Source: Candidatus Deferrimicrobium sp.
GTDB taxonomy: Bacteria > Zixibacteria > MSB-5A5 > GN15 > FEB-12
NCBI GenBank assembly: GCA_035562415.1
Contig: DATMWY010000204.1
Span: 1-58,553, forward strand
DNA length: 58,553 bases
Direction of reading: 5' to 3'
Under the pieces are notes generated by a model. It was not told where the DNA came from, made no database searches, and saw only the letters and a program-made list of their open reading frames with translations. This document shows positions 26,233 through 35,340 of this stretch, in pieces (position 1 is the stretch's first letter; the number at the start of each line of letters is the position of its first letter). The translations under genes were made by a program, and so were the position numbers.

Positions 26233-29200
26233 TCACTTGAGCAGCATCATTTTCCTTGTTGCGCTAAAGCCGCTCGCTTCCAGCCGATAGAGGTAGACAC
26301 CGGTGGAGACGGGTTGGCCCTGAGCGTCGGTGCCGTCCCAGGTGACGCTGTGCGCACCGGCCTCCCGGAACTCGTCCACCAGCGTAACCACGTGTTGTCC
26401 CAGAAGATTGAATACCTCCAACGCCACCCTTCCTGCATTGGGCAGGCTGAAGCTTATCTGCGTGGACGGGTTGAACGGATTCGGATAGCTCTGGTGCAAA
26501 GCAAACTCGGCCGGCAGCGCCGCCTCTTTCAATCCCTGATTGATCTGTGGCGCGATGGCGGTGTGACTCCGGTCGGACGCAAGTGCGTCCGTGATTTGCC
26601 ATTCACCTTTGAGGCGCACCAGCGGTGTCTTTCCCGCGGCGATGACGGCCTCACCTTCGAGGTCGACAATACCGACCCGAGCCGTGTTGCCGCTGGGACG
26701 GAAGAAGAACTCCATTGCGCCATCGGTCAGGCGGTCGGCGCCGGCTCCCGCTACGCCGGACAGATCCATCTGAATACCGCGTATATCTACCGGCGTTTCA
26801 ATGGAGATTACGGTTTCTCCATCGTCGTACGTGGAATTGAGGTTGAGGCCACCGTAAGTTTTCGCAGCACCCGTCGTTTGCGTCTCACCACAGTTATACG
26901 GCAGCTCGCCGCCCTGGAAGATAAAGGCCACGAGGTACGTCAGGTCGGCGATGTCAACACTGCCGGAACCGTTGACGTCGGCTTCTTCAATACACGGCGG
27001 TGCATCCCCGCCCTGGAAGAGATAGGCGACGAGGTAGGTCAGGTCAGCGACATTGACTTGATCGTTAGAATCGCCATCGACGTTGCCGCGCATGTCCTGG
27101 CAGCAGCCGGCAGCGATATCAGTAAAGGTGATTGTCGGAATGTCAGCCGCCAGGAAGTCAATGTTTCGGATAAAGTCTATCGGTACAGTGGCGTCTTCCG
27201 GTCTTATGTAAACTGCATCTCCAACGACCGGTATATCCCCATTCTCTACACGGAGAAACATCGAGTCCGTAAAGGAAAATGTGCAACCGATCTCCACTAC
27301 AAAAAGACTATCTATATACGCGTGCCAATCTCCCCACGAGTTACGTATCATCCGAAATGCCGGGCCAGTATCCCCCGTTATTCTGGCAACCAATGAATCA
27401 CCGCTATACACCAAGATCTCCTGAGTGGTGCCACCGACAGGGGAAAAGTCAGCGGAAAACTCCCATCCTGCACCTGACTTGTAACCATTAACAATTCCCA
27501 AGACTTGATCCGCGGCGATATTCGATTGCCCCACTGCCGTCACCGTTAGGGAAGCACCATCAGGAAGAGTTCCCGCCGGGTCCAACTCGAGCCACTTGGC
27601 GTCGAAGCGGCTCGCAGCACCCAGATTGATTGAGACGCCATCATCACCGCTACCTAAACGCGAGACAATCAAGTTACCACCCGATGTGTCCAGGCACGCC
27701 GTTCCAACGGAAGTGTGCTCCAGACCGAAAACACGCACCGTATCCGGTGGTGGAGCGGGGCTCGGATTGCACGGGCCGGGGACCGGATAGCCGCCGTAGG
27801 GGGCAAATACCCCGATTCCGTAGACGAAGTAGTCTTGATAGAGCTGAAGGTCAGCGGCATCAACCACACCGTCGCCATTGAGATCACAGCTATTCAGCGG
27901 GATCGGCGCCGGGCCACAACCATTGATGAAGGCAGCAAGGTAGGCCAGATCAGCGGCAGTCAGACCAACAGAGTCATTGTTGGCATCGCCATCTGCATAG
28001 CAGCCACAGCACAGTTCGACATACAATTCAATGTAGTCTACTTCGGTTTCGTCCGAGACAAACATGTCGAGATTTCCGTCCTGAAGAACGGCCAGAATGT
28101 TCGTGGGCAGCCAGGAGCTGGGCGGCAGGCTCGCAAGGTTCAGCGTGACCGTCATCTCGTCGCCTGAGTTCCACGGAGCCGGTCCTTCGTCTGGGTCATA
28201 ATTCTCCAAATCATTCAGAAGTATCGACCAGATTCTTCCGCCCTGGCTCCAGTCGCCGAGTCCCAGAAAATCTGTATAGGGCTGACCCGGGTTTGCGCGG
28301 AGATGGAGTGTAAGTAAGGCTTGCACAACCTCGCATTTTTCATGATCCCAACATCCTTCAAAGGTGTGGCCAAACCAGTCGTCAGAGGCCGGCTGGTCGA
28401 AGTTTGTAATAACCCCCGCTCCAAAAGAATTGGCGGTGGTAACCAGCCAATTATAGAGATCCGGACTCATGTAAGAAGGCTCCGGCACGTTGAAATTGTC
28501 GTTTGTCCCGTGAATACAGGTTGTTTCGGTTTGATACCAAGTCGTAGTGGCATGATGATCGCAAGAGTCGTTTCCGAAGTCTAAGCCTACGCGATTGTCA
28601 CCCCACTGCAGATTGTTGAGCGTATAGAAAACAGATAACGGAAAGGTCTGTACCCATGGTGCCCCCCCCGAAGGTATGACGTCCTCCTCAACCGTGTACG
28701 AACCCGGTGTAAGTCCGGCGAAAAGGTAATTCCCCGAGCCGTTCGTAAGCTGGATGTTTTGCCATTCCACTGTACCATTGGGCAAGAACTTTGTAAGTTC
28801 GATCGGAAAATTCGCCAAACCTGTTTCTCCGAGTCCCGGCTCCCAAAGAGAGTTGCCGTTCATGTCATGGAACTTCCTGCCGGCGATGCTGATAGGGGGG
28901 ACCTTACAGAGTTCGACTGCAATCAGGAAATTGACGTCAACCCCCCAGTTGTTTAACATCCCATCCCAAACGTTGCCAGATGTGTAGACACTTGAGCGAT
29001 TGGTGCCAATAGATCCATCATCGGAGAGTATACTTTCATACTCACCCGAACTGCCGCTGGTCGAGATGGCCACATGGAAATCACTCGTGAAAGTAAGCCC
29101 ATCCGAACTGAAATCGACCGTCGTGACTGACGGATAAGCCGAGTAAGTGCCGGGTGGAAGAATCTTCGTCGAAAGGTCCAAGTCAGGGAGTCCCCCCAAA

Positions 29201-29592
29201 TCAGACTGAGTTCTCAGGAAGATGGTATCATTTCCAAAAGTGCCGTTGCCGGGGTCATACACGGCAAAGGCCACTGTTTTCAGAGTTTCGGGAGCACCAC
29301 TGACGCTGAAACGCATGGCGTAGGCCTCGTCGCCATACACGGGGTCGGGCAGTCGCCAGTAATAATACGGCGTGATGGCATAGTTCTGCCAGTAGCAATC
29401 TGCTGACGTACTCTTTTCGAGGGGGAGGCCCGGTCGCTCCAGCCCGGCCTCAACTTCTTTCATGGGTGTCAGCTGTGCTGAGCGATTCTTGCCGGATAGG
29501 GGAAGGCTGACATCTTCTCCAGCAAAGACGCTTGCAGCCATCATCATAAGCGCGATGGCCAAAAGCCTTGTGATCAGATTATGGCGTCTCAT
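26233..29592 (-). CDS. Large secreted protein: SdrD/Cna-B-like fold, dockerin-like Ca-binding repeats, T9SS/FlgD-like C-terminal sorting domain
   Basis: 1119 aa from the ATG at 29592 (AAGGAG upstream; signal peptide MRRHNLITRLLAIALMMMAASVFA). Contains DLNGDGVVDAADL, CCQDMRGNVDGDSNDQVNVADLTYLVAYLFQGG, and C-terminal YPNPFNPSTQISFSLP..GVYLYRL. Confidence 0.85.
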   Translation of the reverse strand: MRRHNLITRLLAIALMMMAASVFAGEDVSLPLSGKNRSAQLTPMKEVEAGLERPGLPLEKSTSADCYWQNYAITPYYYWRLPDPVYGDEAYAMRFSVSGAPETLKTVAFAVYDPGNGTFGNDTIFLRTQSDLGGLPDLDLSTKILPPGTYSAYPSVTTVDFSSDGLTFTSDFHVAISTSGSSGEYESILSDDGSIGTNRSSVYTSGNVWDGMLNNWGVDVNFLIAVELCKVPPISIAGRKFHDMNGNSLWEPGLGETGLANFPIELTKFLPNGTVEWQNIQLTNGSGNYLFAGLTPGSYTVEEDVIPSGGAPWVQTFPLSVFYTLNNLQWGDNRVGLDFGNDSCDHHATTTWYQTETTCIHGTNDNFNVPEPSYMSPDLYNWLVTTANSFGAGVITNFDQPASDDWFGHTFEGCWDHEKCEVVQALLTLHLRANPGQPYTDFLGLGDWSQGGRIWSILLNDLENYDPDEGPAPWNSGDEMTVTLNLASLPPSSWLPTNILAVLQDGNLDMFVSDETEVDYIELYVELCCGCYADGDANNDSVGLTAADLAYLAAFINGCGPAPIPLNSCDLNGDGVVDAADLQLYQDYFVYGIGVFAPYGGYPVPGPCNPSPAPPPDTVRVFGLEHTSVGTACLDTSGGNLIVSRLGSGDDGVSINLGAASRFDAKWLELDPAGTLPDGASLTVTAVGQSNIAADQVLGIVNGYKSGAGWEFSADFSPVGGTTQEILVYSGDSLVARITGDTGPAFRMIRNSWGDWHAYIDSLFVVEIGCTFSFTDSMFLRVENGDIPVVGDAVYIRPEDATVPIDFIRNIDFLAADIPTITFTDIAAGCCQDMRGNVDGDSNDQVNVADLTYLVAYLFQGGDAPPCIEEADVNGSGSVDIADLTYLVAFIFQGGELPYNCGETQTTGAAKTYGGLNLNSTYDDGETVISIETPVDIRGIQMDLSGVAGAGADRLTDGAMEFFFRPSGNTARVGIVDLEGEAVIAAGKTPLVRLKGEWQITDALASDRSHTAIAPQINQGLKEAALPAEFALHQSYPNPFNPSTQISFSLPNAGRVALEVFNLLGQHVVTLVDEFREAGAHSVTWDGTDAQGQPVSTGVYLYRLEASGFSATRKMMLLK

Positions 29593-29883
29593 AGCTCTGC
29601 TCCTTGCAGTTGTGGTTACAGTGTTTTGACCTATCCAAGTCATGTTTGTCGTTGACATTGCGGTGCGGTTCATGGTTTGTCTCCATTTCCAAGTTTTCTT
29701 TAGGGTTCTTGTTAGAGTTTCAGCGTGGCCGTGCGGCCGTGATCGTCAGATTAGCGCCATCCTGTCTCTCCTCCCGCAGACTACTGGTTTCCGCATTGTG
29801 TCTCTCCTGTTTAAGGTTCGTTAATCCAGTTTCTCCATTAGTCTGCTTTGTCGCGCCATGGTTCGCAGAAAATCCGGCTTATG

Positions 29884-29912
29884 TTGACAGATGTGGTCTA
29901 TTCAGATATAAT
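29884..29912 (+). promoter_or_regulatory. Consensus sigma70 promoter TTGACA-N17-TATAAT
   Basis: TTGACA at 29884-29889 and TATAAT at 29907-29912. The ATG of the sigma-factor gene is at 29921, 8 nt after the -10 element. Confidence 0.6.
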
Positions 29913-29920
29913 TGAGCACA

Positions 29921-30460
29921 ATGAGCATCTCGGTGGCTGCCGATCTTTTAGAGCGCATTCGAGTCGGGGATCGAAAGTTTCTCGCGGAGCTGCGGCTGAT
30001 TATCGAACGGATCGCCGGCCGGTGGAAGCTTCCGGAGTGGCTGTCTGTCGAAGACGTTGCTCAGGAGTGCCTTCTCAAAGTTATGCAAAACCTCGAAGCG
30101 GGGCAGTTCGAAGGAAAATCTTCTTTTATGACCTACGTCTACGCGGTCGCGCGCAACACGTGCATAGATCATTACAGAATCGCTCAGGCCGTTGAACTTA
30201 CCGGCATCGAGGAAGTTTCATTAGAAAGTTCTGATCCGGCGCCGGACGCGCAACTGATTACATGTGATGAGCGCCGTATTGCCTGTCAGGTTTTGCTGGC
30301 GCTGCCGCGGGAGTGTCGCCGACTCTGGCGGGTAATTTTCTTTGGCCGGCACAACTATAAGCAAGCGGCTGAACAGCTTGGACTTACGGAAGGAACAGTG
30401 AAGCGCAAAATGTGGGAGTGCCGACAAATGGCGCGCGAAATGGCCGAGCGGCTGGAATAA
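29921..30460 (+). CDS. ECF-type RNA polymerase sigma-70 family factor
   Basis: 179 aa. Region 2 (VEDVAQECLLKVMQNL, FMTYVYAVARNTCIDHYR) and region 4 HTH (YKQAAEQLGLTEGTVKRKMWECR). Confidence 0.88.
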   Translation: MSISVAADLLERIRVGDRKFLAELRLIIERIAGRWKLPEWLSVEDVAQECLLKVMQNLEAGQFEGKSSFMTYVYAVARNTCIDHYRIAQAVELTGIEEVSLESSDPAPDAQLITCDERRIACQVLLALPRECRRLWRVIFFGRHNYKQAAEQLGLTEGTVKRKMWECRQMAREMAERLE

Positions 30461-30543
30461 ACCGAACCATTAGGTGGCACTGGCGACTAACTATATGTCG
30501 TATCGTAGGCCGGATGATAAACGTGCCCCGTGAGGACAAAAAG

Positions 30544-31401
30544 ATGAGTCTCGATCAACATTGCAGGCGTATTCAGGAGCAGTTTCCTCTGTTGTTCAAT
30601 TCGAGTTTGAGCAAGCAGGAAATCGCAGAGGTTCATGAGCATCTGAACCAATGCCCGGCGTGTAAGTCGATTTTCGATAAGGAGCGGGTACTTTATCGCA
30701 TAGCGGTCGGTACACAGGCCAGGTTGCTGGAAGATCATCCTGCGGCGGACTTGCTGAGTCTGTACGTTCAAGCGCCTGAGCAACTGACGGAAGCGCAAAC
30801 GACCGAGCTGGCGACTCATGTCTCTCAATGTGAGCTCTGTCAGAAAGTCGTCGCGAAAATCCGGCACCTGCCGGAGACACTGACGGACATAGCAACCGCC
30901 GAAGAGATACCTTTCATTTCCGAGCTTGATAGTATCTCATCCGCGGAACGACCGACCTCAAAGATTATCGATGCGAAGAGAAGACAATTGTGGCGATGGA
31001 CTGCCGCCGCTGCGTTGGCCGCCGCACTCGCGTTGACCGCTATTCCGCTGTTGATGACAGATCAGGACGTATCAACGGCAAAGGTGGAAGCACGGTTTGG
31101 GGCAGTGGTGCGAAGTATTGGGCAGGATTTGGTATTCGAATCCGACGACTCCTCGTTCGATTTTCATGCTATCGTCTACGTGGGTCCGGAGGAAGGGCAC
31201 AACTATGCTTTGTCCGTGACCTGGCCAGACAGGGACACCGTCCTGTACCACATAGATGCCCTGTCGGGTTTCGACAACGAAGGGTATGCTCATTGCGAAT
31301 TTCCGTTGTGGATTGGCATTTACGAGATCACCCTTCTCGACGTCGAAGCCGAGGACACGCTTTTGACGCGGTGGCCGTTTGAAGTTCGACTCAAACCGTG
31401 A
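30544..31401 (+). CDS. Anti-sigma factor, zf-HC2 (ZAS) type, single-pass membrane protein
   Basis: Two HxxxCxxC motifs (HEHLNQCPACK and HVSQCELCQK), a TM segment WRWTAAAALAAALALTAIPLLM, and a ~115-aa extracytoplasmic C-terminus. Start ATG 30544 (alternative 30514). Confidence 0.8.
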   Translation: MSLDQHCRRIQEQFPLLFNSSLSKQEIAEVHEHLNQCPACKSIFDKERVLYRIAVGTQARLLEDHPAADLLSLYVQAPEQLTEAQTTELATHVSQCELCQKVVAKIRHLPETLTDIATAEEIPFISELDSISSAERPTSKIIDAKRRQLWRWTAAAALAAALALTAIPLLMTDQDVSTAKVEARFGAVVRSIGQDLVFESDDSSFDFHAIVYVGPEEGHNYALSVTWPDRDTVLYHIDALSGFDNEGYAHCEFPLWIGIYEITLLDVEAEDTLLTRWPFEVRLKP

Positions 31402-31403
31402 GA

Positions 31404-34055
31404 TTATCTCTGTAGCCGCCATTCGCCGGTGGCCACGAACGCGCCCCATGTGTACGGATGGTCAGGCAGGTTTCGCCGGCGAATATCACTAATCTGCTTG
31501 AGCGCCACTGTTCTCATCATCTCAGCCAGACTTTTTTCCTGAGAAGAATACAAGTGCCGCATGAAGGAGACGGTCTGTTTATCGGGAACTGGCCACAGGG
31601 AACTAATAACGGTACGAGCGCCAGCCATTTGGAATGACCGGCGCAATCCATATACTCCCTCACCGGTGGTTATCACGCCGAGACCTGACTCGCACGCCGA
31701 CAGAACAACCCACTCCGTTCCATAGAGATTCATGCCGGCTACTTCGTATGCGGTCAGGATACCATCTTCACTATCAATACTGTCAGTCCCGGGTTCGTGA
31801 CAATTGGCGCCGGCCAGCAGAAGACCAGAGAGAAGCAGCGGATGTTGTCCGAGCAAATGATCATCATCAGCCGCTTTTTCGCTGACCGTCTCTCGATGCG
31901 GCGCCGGCTCAAGAAAATAGCCATGGGTCGCCAGGTGAATAACCCTCTTCCCGGATGCTTCAACTTTGAGTTTTTCCTCGCTGGCATCAGGCCCCAAATA
32001 AACACGGGTGGATTCCTGCCAGCGTGCCGCCCAGCTTTCAGCTACAGCCTGCACTTCACGGCGCGTATTGGGCAGAGGAGTTGCTTGAGCCAGGCTGAAT
32101 CCGGAAACACCTGATCGAGTTGGTATCGACGGGTAATTGACTGACATAGAGACATGCTCTGTTGGAATGGGCAGTTGCAGTGATCGGTCCGCAATTACAG
32201 CTTCATAATCAGGGTCGCCGAAGGCCAACAGGCCCGAGCCCGGCCTGGAGAGATCCTGTAATCGAATGAGGTCCCGGCCGGCCGTCAGAAAATGGACTGC
32301 GTGCCGTTCAATGAGATAGTTGTTCTGGTCATCGATCAAACTGCCGAAAGACACAATGTTTAGTGCCCCATCCGGTGCTATGAGAATGAGCTGCTTATCG
32401 CTCAGCGAGGGGAGAAGTGGTTTGAAGACTTTCTCGCTCAGCGTGCGGGCGACCTGCCGATATGCTGTCTCGTCAGCTGGTGAGGGTACGCCGGATTGCG
32501 AAAGCCTCTTGAAGTGATTTCGGTAATCCTCCACCAAAGAATCGATATCTGCCGCCGGACCGATATCTTTCAACTGAGGATTCTCGCTGGAGGACAGACA
32601 GAGAGCCAGATATCTCGGTTCGACACTGTCCCGATCGGGCAGAGTGTACTCATAGCGTACGTATTCAATAAGACCGACCGTGTCGGGAAGCAGCGACAGA
32701 ATTCGGTCAACCGTGATCGGCTTGTGTTCCTGCAAGCGCCGGAAGCTCGCGCTCCGCCGCGCGAGATCGGCTTCACGTTCCTTAATCACCGCGGCCAACG
32801 ATTCCAGAGTATCACGGAGAGGCCGGGCGTTGGGGCTTTCGCCTCTGAAATATATCCGCGCCGCCTGGCGTCTCATGAGATTGAGTTCGTCAGCGAGTTT
32901 CTGTATATCCGGATCGTTTTCAAGCACCAGGCTCTTTTGTCGTTCGAAAAGCCCCTCGGAAACCTGGCCTTTTGTGGCAACGATGATGTCACCCACGAGG
33001 AAGGGAGATGGCCGTTGGCTGTCGGGGGTGTCATGAAAACATGACAGATAATTATTAGTGAATTGACGCAGGTACCGGGAATACCTAAGGACGTCGCTTT
33101 CTGAAAGCACTCTGGCATTGTCAAGAAGGTCACGATGTGCAATGGTGACGGCACGGGAAGCCGACGCAAGCGCCCTCGTGAATTCGCCCTGCTTTCGGCA
33201 GAGCCGGCTGATTTCCTGCAAGTCCACAGCCACGTCCCTGTGAGAAGATCCGAAAGTGTGTTCGTCAATAGCCAGGCAACGCTGCAAGAGCGATTCGGCT
33301 GCCACGTAGTTGCCCTGGTGAAAGTACACGTTCGCCAGACCGCGCAGTCCGTTGCACAGCCATGGGTGATTCGCTCCGTGCACCTTTTCCCTGTTTTTGA
33401 TATGCCGCAAATAAACGTCCTCAGCTTCCGGGAATCTGCCTTGAGCGGCGTAAACACTGGCCAAACTGGCCTGCTCGGAGGCCAACTCCCGCCTCTCAAG
33501 TCCAAAATGCTTCTCCTTAATGATCAGCGCTTTTTGGAACAACTGTTCGGCTTGAACAAAATCCCTACCCGTTGCATACACGATGGCCAGGTTGTTGAAA
33601 GTGGTGATTAGGTCCGGATGATCAGCCCCAAGTTTTGTCTCCTGAATGGTCTGCGCTCGACGGTACAATTGTTCGGCGTCGGCCAATTTGTTCCAACTCG
33701 CGTATACTGCAGCCAGACCGCTCAGGCTCTTCGCGACTTCCGGATCGTCTGGTCCCAGAATTCTTTGGCGTATTTCAAGCGATTTTCTGAGGCATGACTC
33801 GGCTGCCATCTGGTTGCCCTGAAAATAGTGGCATCGCCCCAGGCTCGACCATATCCTGGCAACTATGGTGTCCTCGGGACCCAATTGGGAGGCTGCCGAA
33901 TCCAGAGCCAGTTGAGCCAGCGAAATCGAGGAATCGAACTCCCACCGTTGGTAAGCCGAGTCCGCTTGATCAAGAAGCGCTTTCCAAGTCTGGCCAACGC
34001 AGTCAACTGAAATAAAGGACAGACATATCACAAACGAGATTCGATGAAGTTTCAT
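31404..34055 (-). CDS. Exported TPR-repeat + CHAT-domain (caspase-like) protease
   Basis: Signal peptide MKLHRISFVICLSFISV. About 7 TPR units in the N-terminal third. C-terminal CHAT domain with HLATHGYF (His) and VVLSACESGLG (Cys). Confidence 0.88.
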   Translation of the reverse strand: MKLHRISFVICLSFISVDCVGQTWKALLDQADSAYQRWEFDSSISLAQLALDSAASQLGPEDTIVARIWSSLGRCHYFQGNQMAAESCLRKSLEIRQRILGPDDPEVAKSLSGLAAVYASWNKLADAEQLYRRAQTIQETKLGADHPDLITTFNNLAIVYATGRDFVQAEQLFQKALIIKEKHFGLERRELASEQASLASVYAAQGRFPEAEDVYLRHIKNREKVHGANHPWLCNGLRGLANVYFHQGNYVAAESLLQRCLAIDEHTFGSSHRDVAVDLQEISRLCRKQGEFTRALASASRAVTIAHRDLLDNARVLSESDVLRYSRYLRQFTNNYLSCFHDTPDSQRPSPFLVGDIIVATKGQVSEGLFERQKSLVLENDPDIQKLADELNLMRRQAARIYFRGESPNARPLRDTLESLAAVIKEREADLARRSASFRRLQEHKPITVDRILSLLPDTVGLIEYVRYEYTLPDRDSVEPRYLALCLSSSENPQLKDIGPAADIDSLVEDYRNHFKRLSQSGVPSPADETAYRQVARTLSEKVFKPLLPSLSDKQLILIAPDGALNIVSFGSLIDDQNNYLIERHAVHFLTAGRDLIRLQDLSRPGSGLLAFGDPDYEAVIADRSLQLPIPTEHVSMSVNYPSIPTRSGVSGFSLAQATPLPNTRREVQAVAESWAARWQESTRVYLGPDASEEKLKVEASGKRVIHLATHGYFLEPAPHRETVSEKAADDDHLLGQHPLLLSGLLLAGANCHEPGTDSIDSEDGILTAYEVAGMNLYGTEWVVLSACESGLGVITTGEGVYGLRRSFQMAGARTVISSLWPVPDKQTVSFMRHLYSSQEKSLAEMMRTVALKQISDIRRRNLPDHPYTWGAFVATGEWRLQR

Positions 34056-34580
34056 ATCGTTCAATTCTCCAGCAGTCACCGATGCCCATCAGGGTGTTGA
34101 TTGGAATATGCCTTCGGCAAAGTTGCTGCAACCACAAAGCCGAACATAAGAATAAGCGCTAAGCCTGCATAACGCAAGAGGCACGGAGTCATGGCCTCTC
34201 CGGGGTAATGTGATCAAAAGTGTGTAAGACAATATAAACCGTTACCCGCAGGAGAAGACTCAGGAGCAAGTAATGGGTAGACAGCCGAGCGTGAGTCAGA
34301 GTTGTTGCAGGTGGAAGTCAAGCTTCGTGATTACTCCCGGACGGCAGTTATCGACTCCGGAATAACAGCGGACTATCCTGAGAATAAACTGGGCCAAAGG
34401 GCTGACATGCTCACGAGTCATCCGAGATGTCCCGAATTGCTCAAGCAGGAAACTCGAAATCTTTTCCCGAACGGTTTGACAGCCGCTCAGTAATGAGGTT
34501 AAAGAGGGGACTGTATTCCGAATCCGCGGAACAGCTAAGGTCTTTTCATCGGCCCTGCTGCCCGTATCCCTAATGTCACA

Positions 34581-34654
34581 TAGCGGTGCAGGGACTCGAA
34601 CCCCGGACACGCGGATTATGATTCCGCTGCTCTAACCAGCTGAGCTACACCGCC
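34581..34654 (-). tRNA. tRNA with CAU anticodon (elongator Met, or Ile2 if lysidine-modified)
   Basis: GGCGGTG-TA-GCTC-AGCTGGTTA-GAGC-A-GCGGA-ATCATAA-TCCGC-GTGTC-CGGGG-TTCGAGT-CCCTG-CACCGCT-A. 74 nt, cloverleaf folds by hand, no encoded CCA. Confidence 0.9.
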
Positions 34655-34684
34655 ATGATCTGTTGTAAAGGCACGCGCCAATTG

Positions 34685-34713
34685 ATTGTATCACCGGCGC
34701 CCATGAGAGTCAA
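34685..34713 (-). promoter_or_regulatory. sigma70-type promoter TTGACT-N17-TACAAT upstream of the tRNA
   Basis: Minus strand: TTGACT (34713-34708), 17-nt spacer, TACAAT (34690-34685). About 30 nt upstream of tRNA position 1. Confidence 0.6.
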
Positions 34714-34741
34714 GGGGATAATGTGCCGCCCTGTTTGTTCC

Positions 34742-34812
34742 GTAGGGCGGGAGTCCGCCGCGGCGGACTCACCTGCCTATTATGTGGCAGGTCTGAAGCA
34801 GACCTGCCCTAC
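34742..34812. repeat. REP-like composite element, family A
   Basis: GTAGGGCGGGAGTCCGCCGCGGCGGACTCACCTGCCTA-ttatgt-GGCAGGTCTGAAGCAGACCTGCCCTAC. Lies 30 nt downstream of the BCCP gene stop. Confidence 0.85.
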
Positions 34813-34842
34813 GCTTAATTGCGGTTTATGATGCAAACAGAA

Positions 34843-35340
34843 TTACTGAGCCAGCTCCAGCTCGATAATCGGCGACTCGGTGTCGACCTGGTCGCCGGCG
34901 GAAAAATTGATTGCCCTGACTGTGCCCTTCGCGGCGGCATTGACCTGATTTTCCATTTTCATGGCCTCGACTATCACCAGCGGCTGTTTCAACTCGACCG
35001 CGTCACCCAGGCCCACGAGAATCTTCACGATTTTTCCGGGCATCGGCGCGTACACTTTGTCCCGATCTCCGACATGGTGATCGGCTGCCTGACCATAGGC
35101 GATATCAGCGGCATCCCGCACTTCAAGCTGTACGGAATCGATTTCGATATAGTACACGCCCTGATGCTTGACGACCGCAACGACAGATCGCACGCCATTA
35201 GCGGTCAGGGCAAAAAGATCTCCCCCAAGGGGACGCAGGTGCAACTGCTGTCCTGACACCGTGACCTTGAAAGTATCACCGGTCGTCTCAAGAGAAGAGG
35301 TGACCATAGCGCCATCGAAGAGGAACTCATGGCTACTCAT
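34843..35340 (-). CDS. Biotin carboxyl carrier protein (biotinyl/lipoyl domain)
   Basis: C-terminal PMPGKIVKILV..VIVEAMKMENQV biotinylation motif. The ATG at 35340 overlaps the upstream stop (ATGAGTAG). Confidence 0.88.
   Translation of the reverse strand: MSSHEFLFDGAMVTSSLETTGDTFKVTVSGQQLHLRPLGGDLFALTANGVRSVVAVVKHQGVYYIEIDSVQLEVRDAADIAYGQAADHHVGDRDKVYAPMPGKIVKILVGLGDAVELKQPLVIVEAMKMENQVNAAAKGTVRAINFSAGDQVDTESPIIELELAQ

Noticed and set aside
34076-34192. 38-codon minus-strand ORF (MTPCLLRYAGLALILMFGFVVAATLPKAYSNQHPDGHR) ending at the GTG that opens the long CHAT track ORF
   Set aside because: It is hydrophobic and could be a small membrane peptide. But it has no SD, and the CHAT gene more likely starts at ATG 34055, so the apparent coupling disappears. 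It is too short to support from sequence alone.
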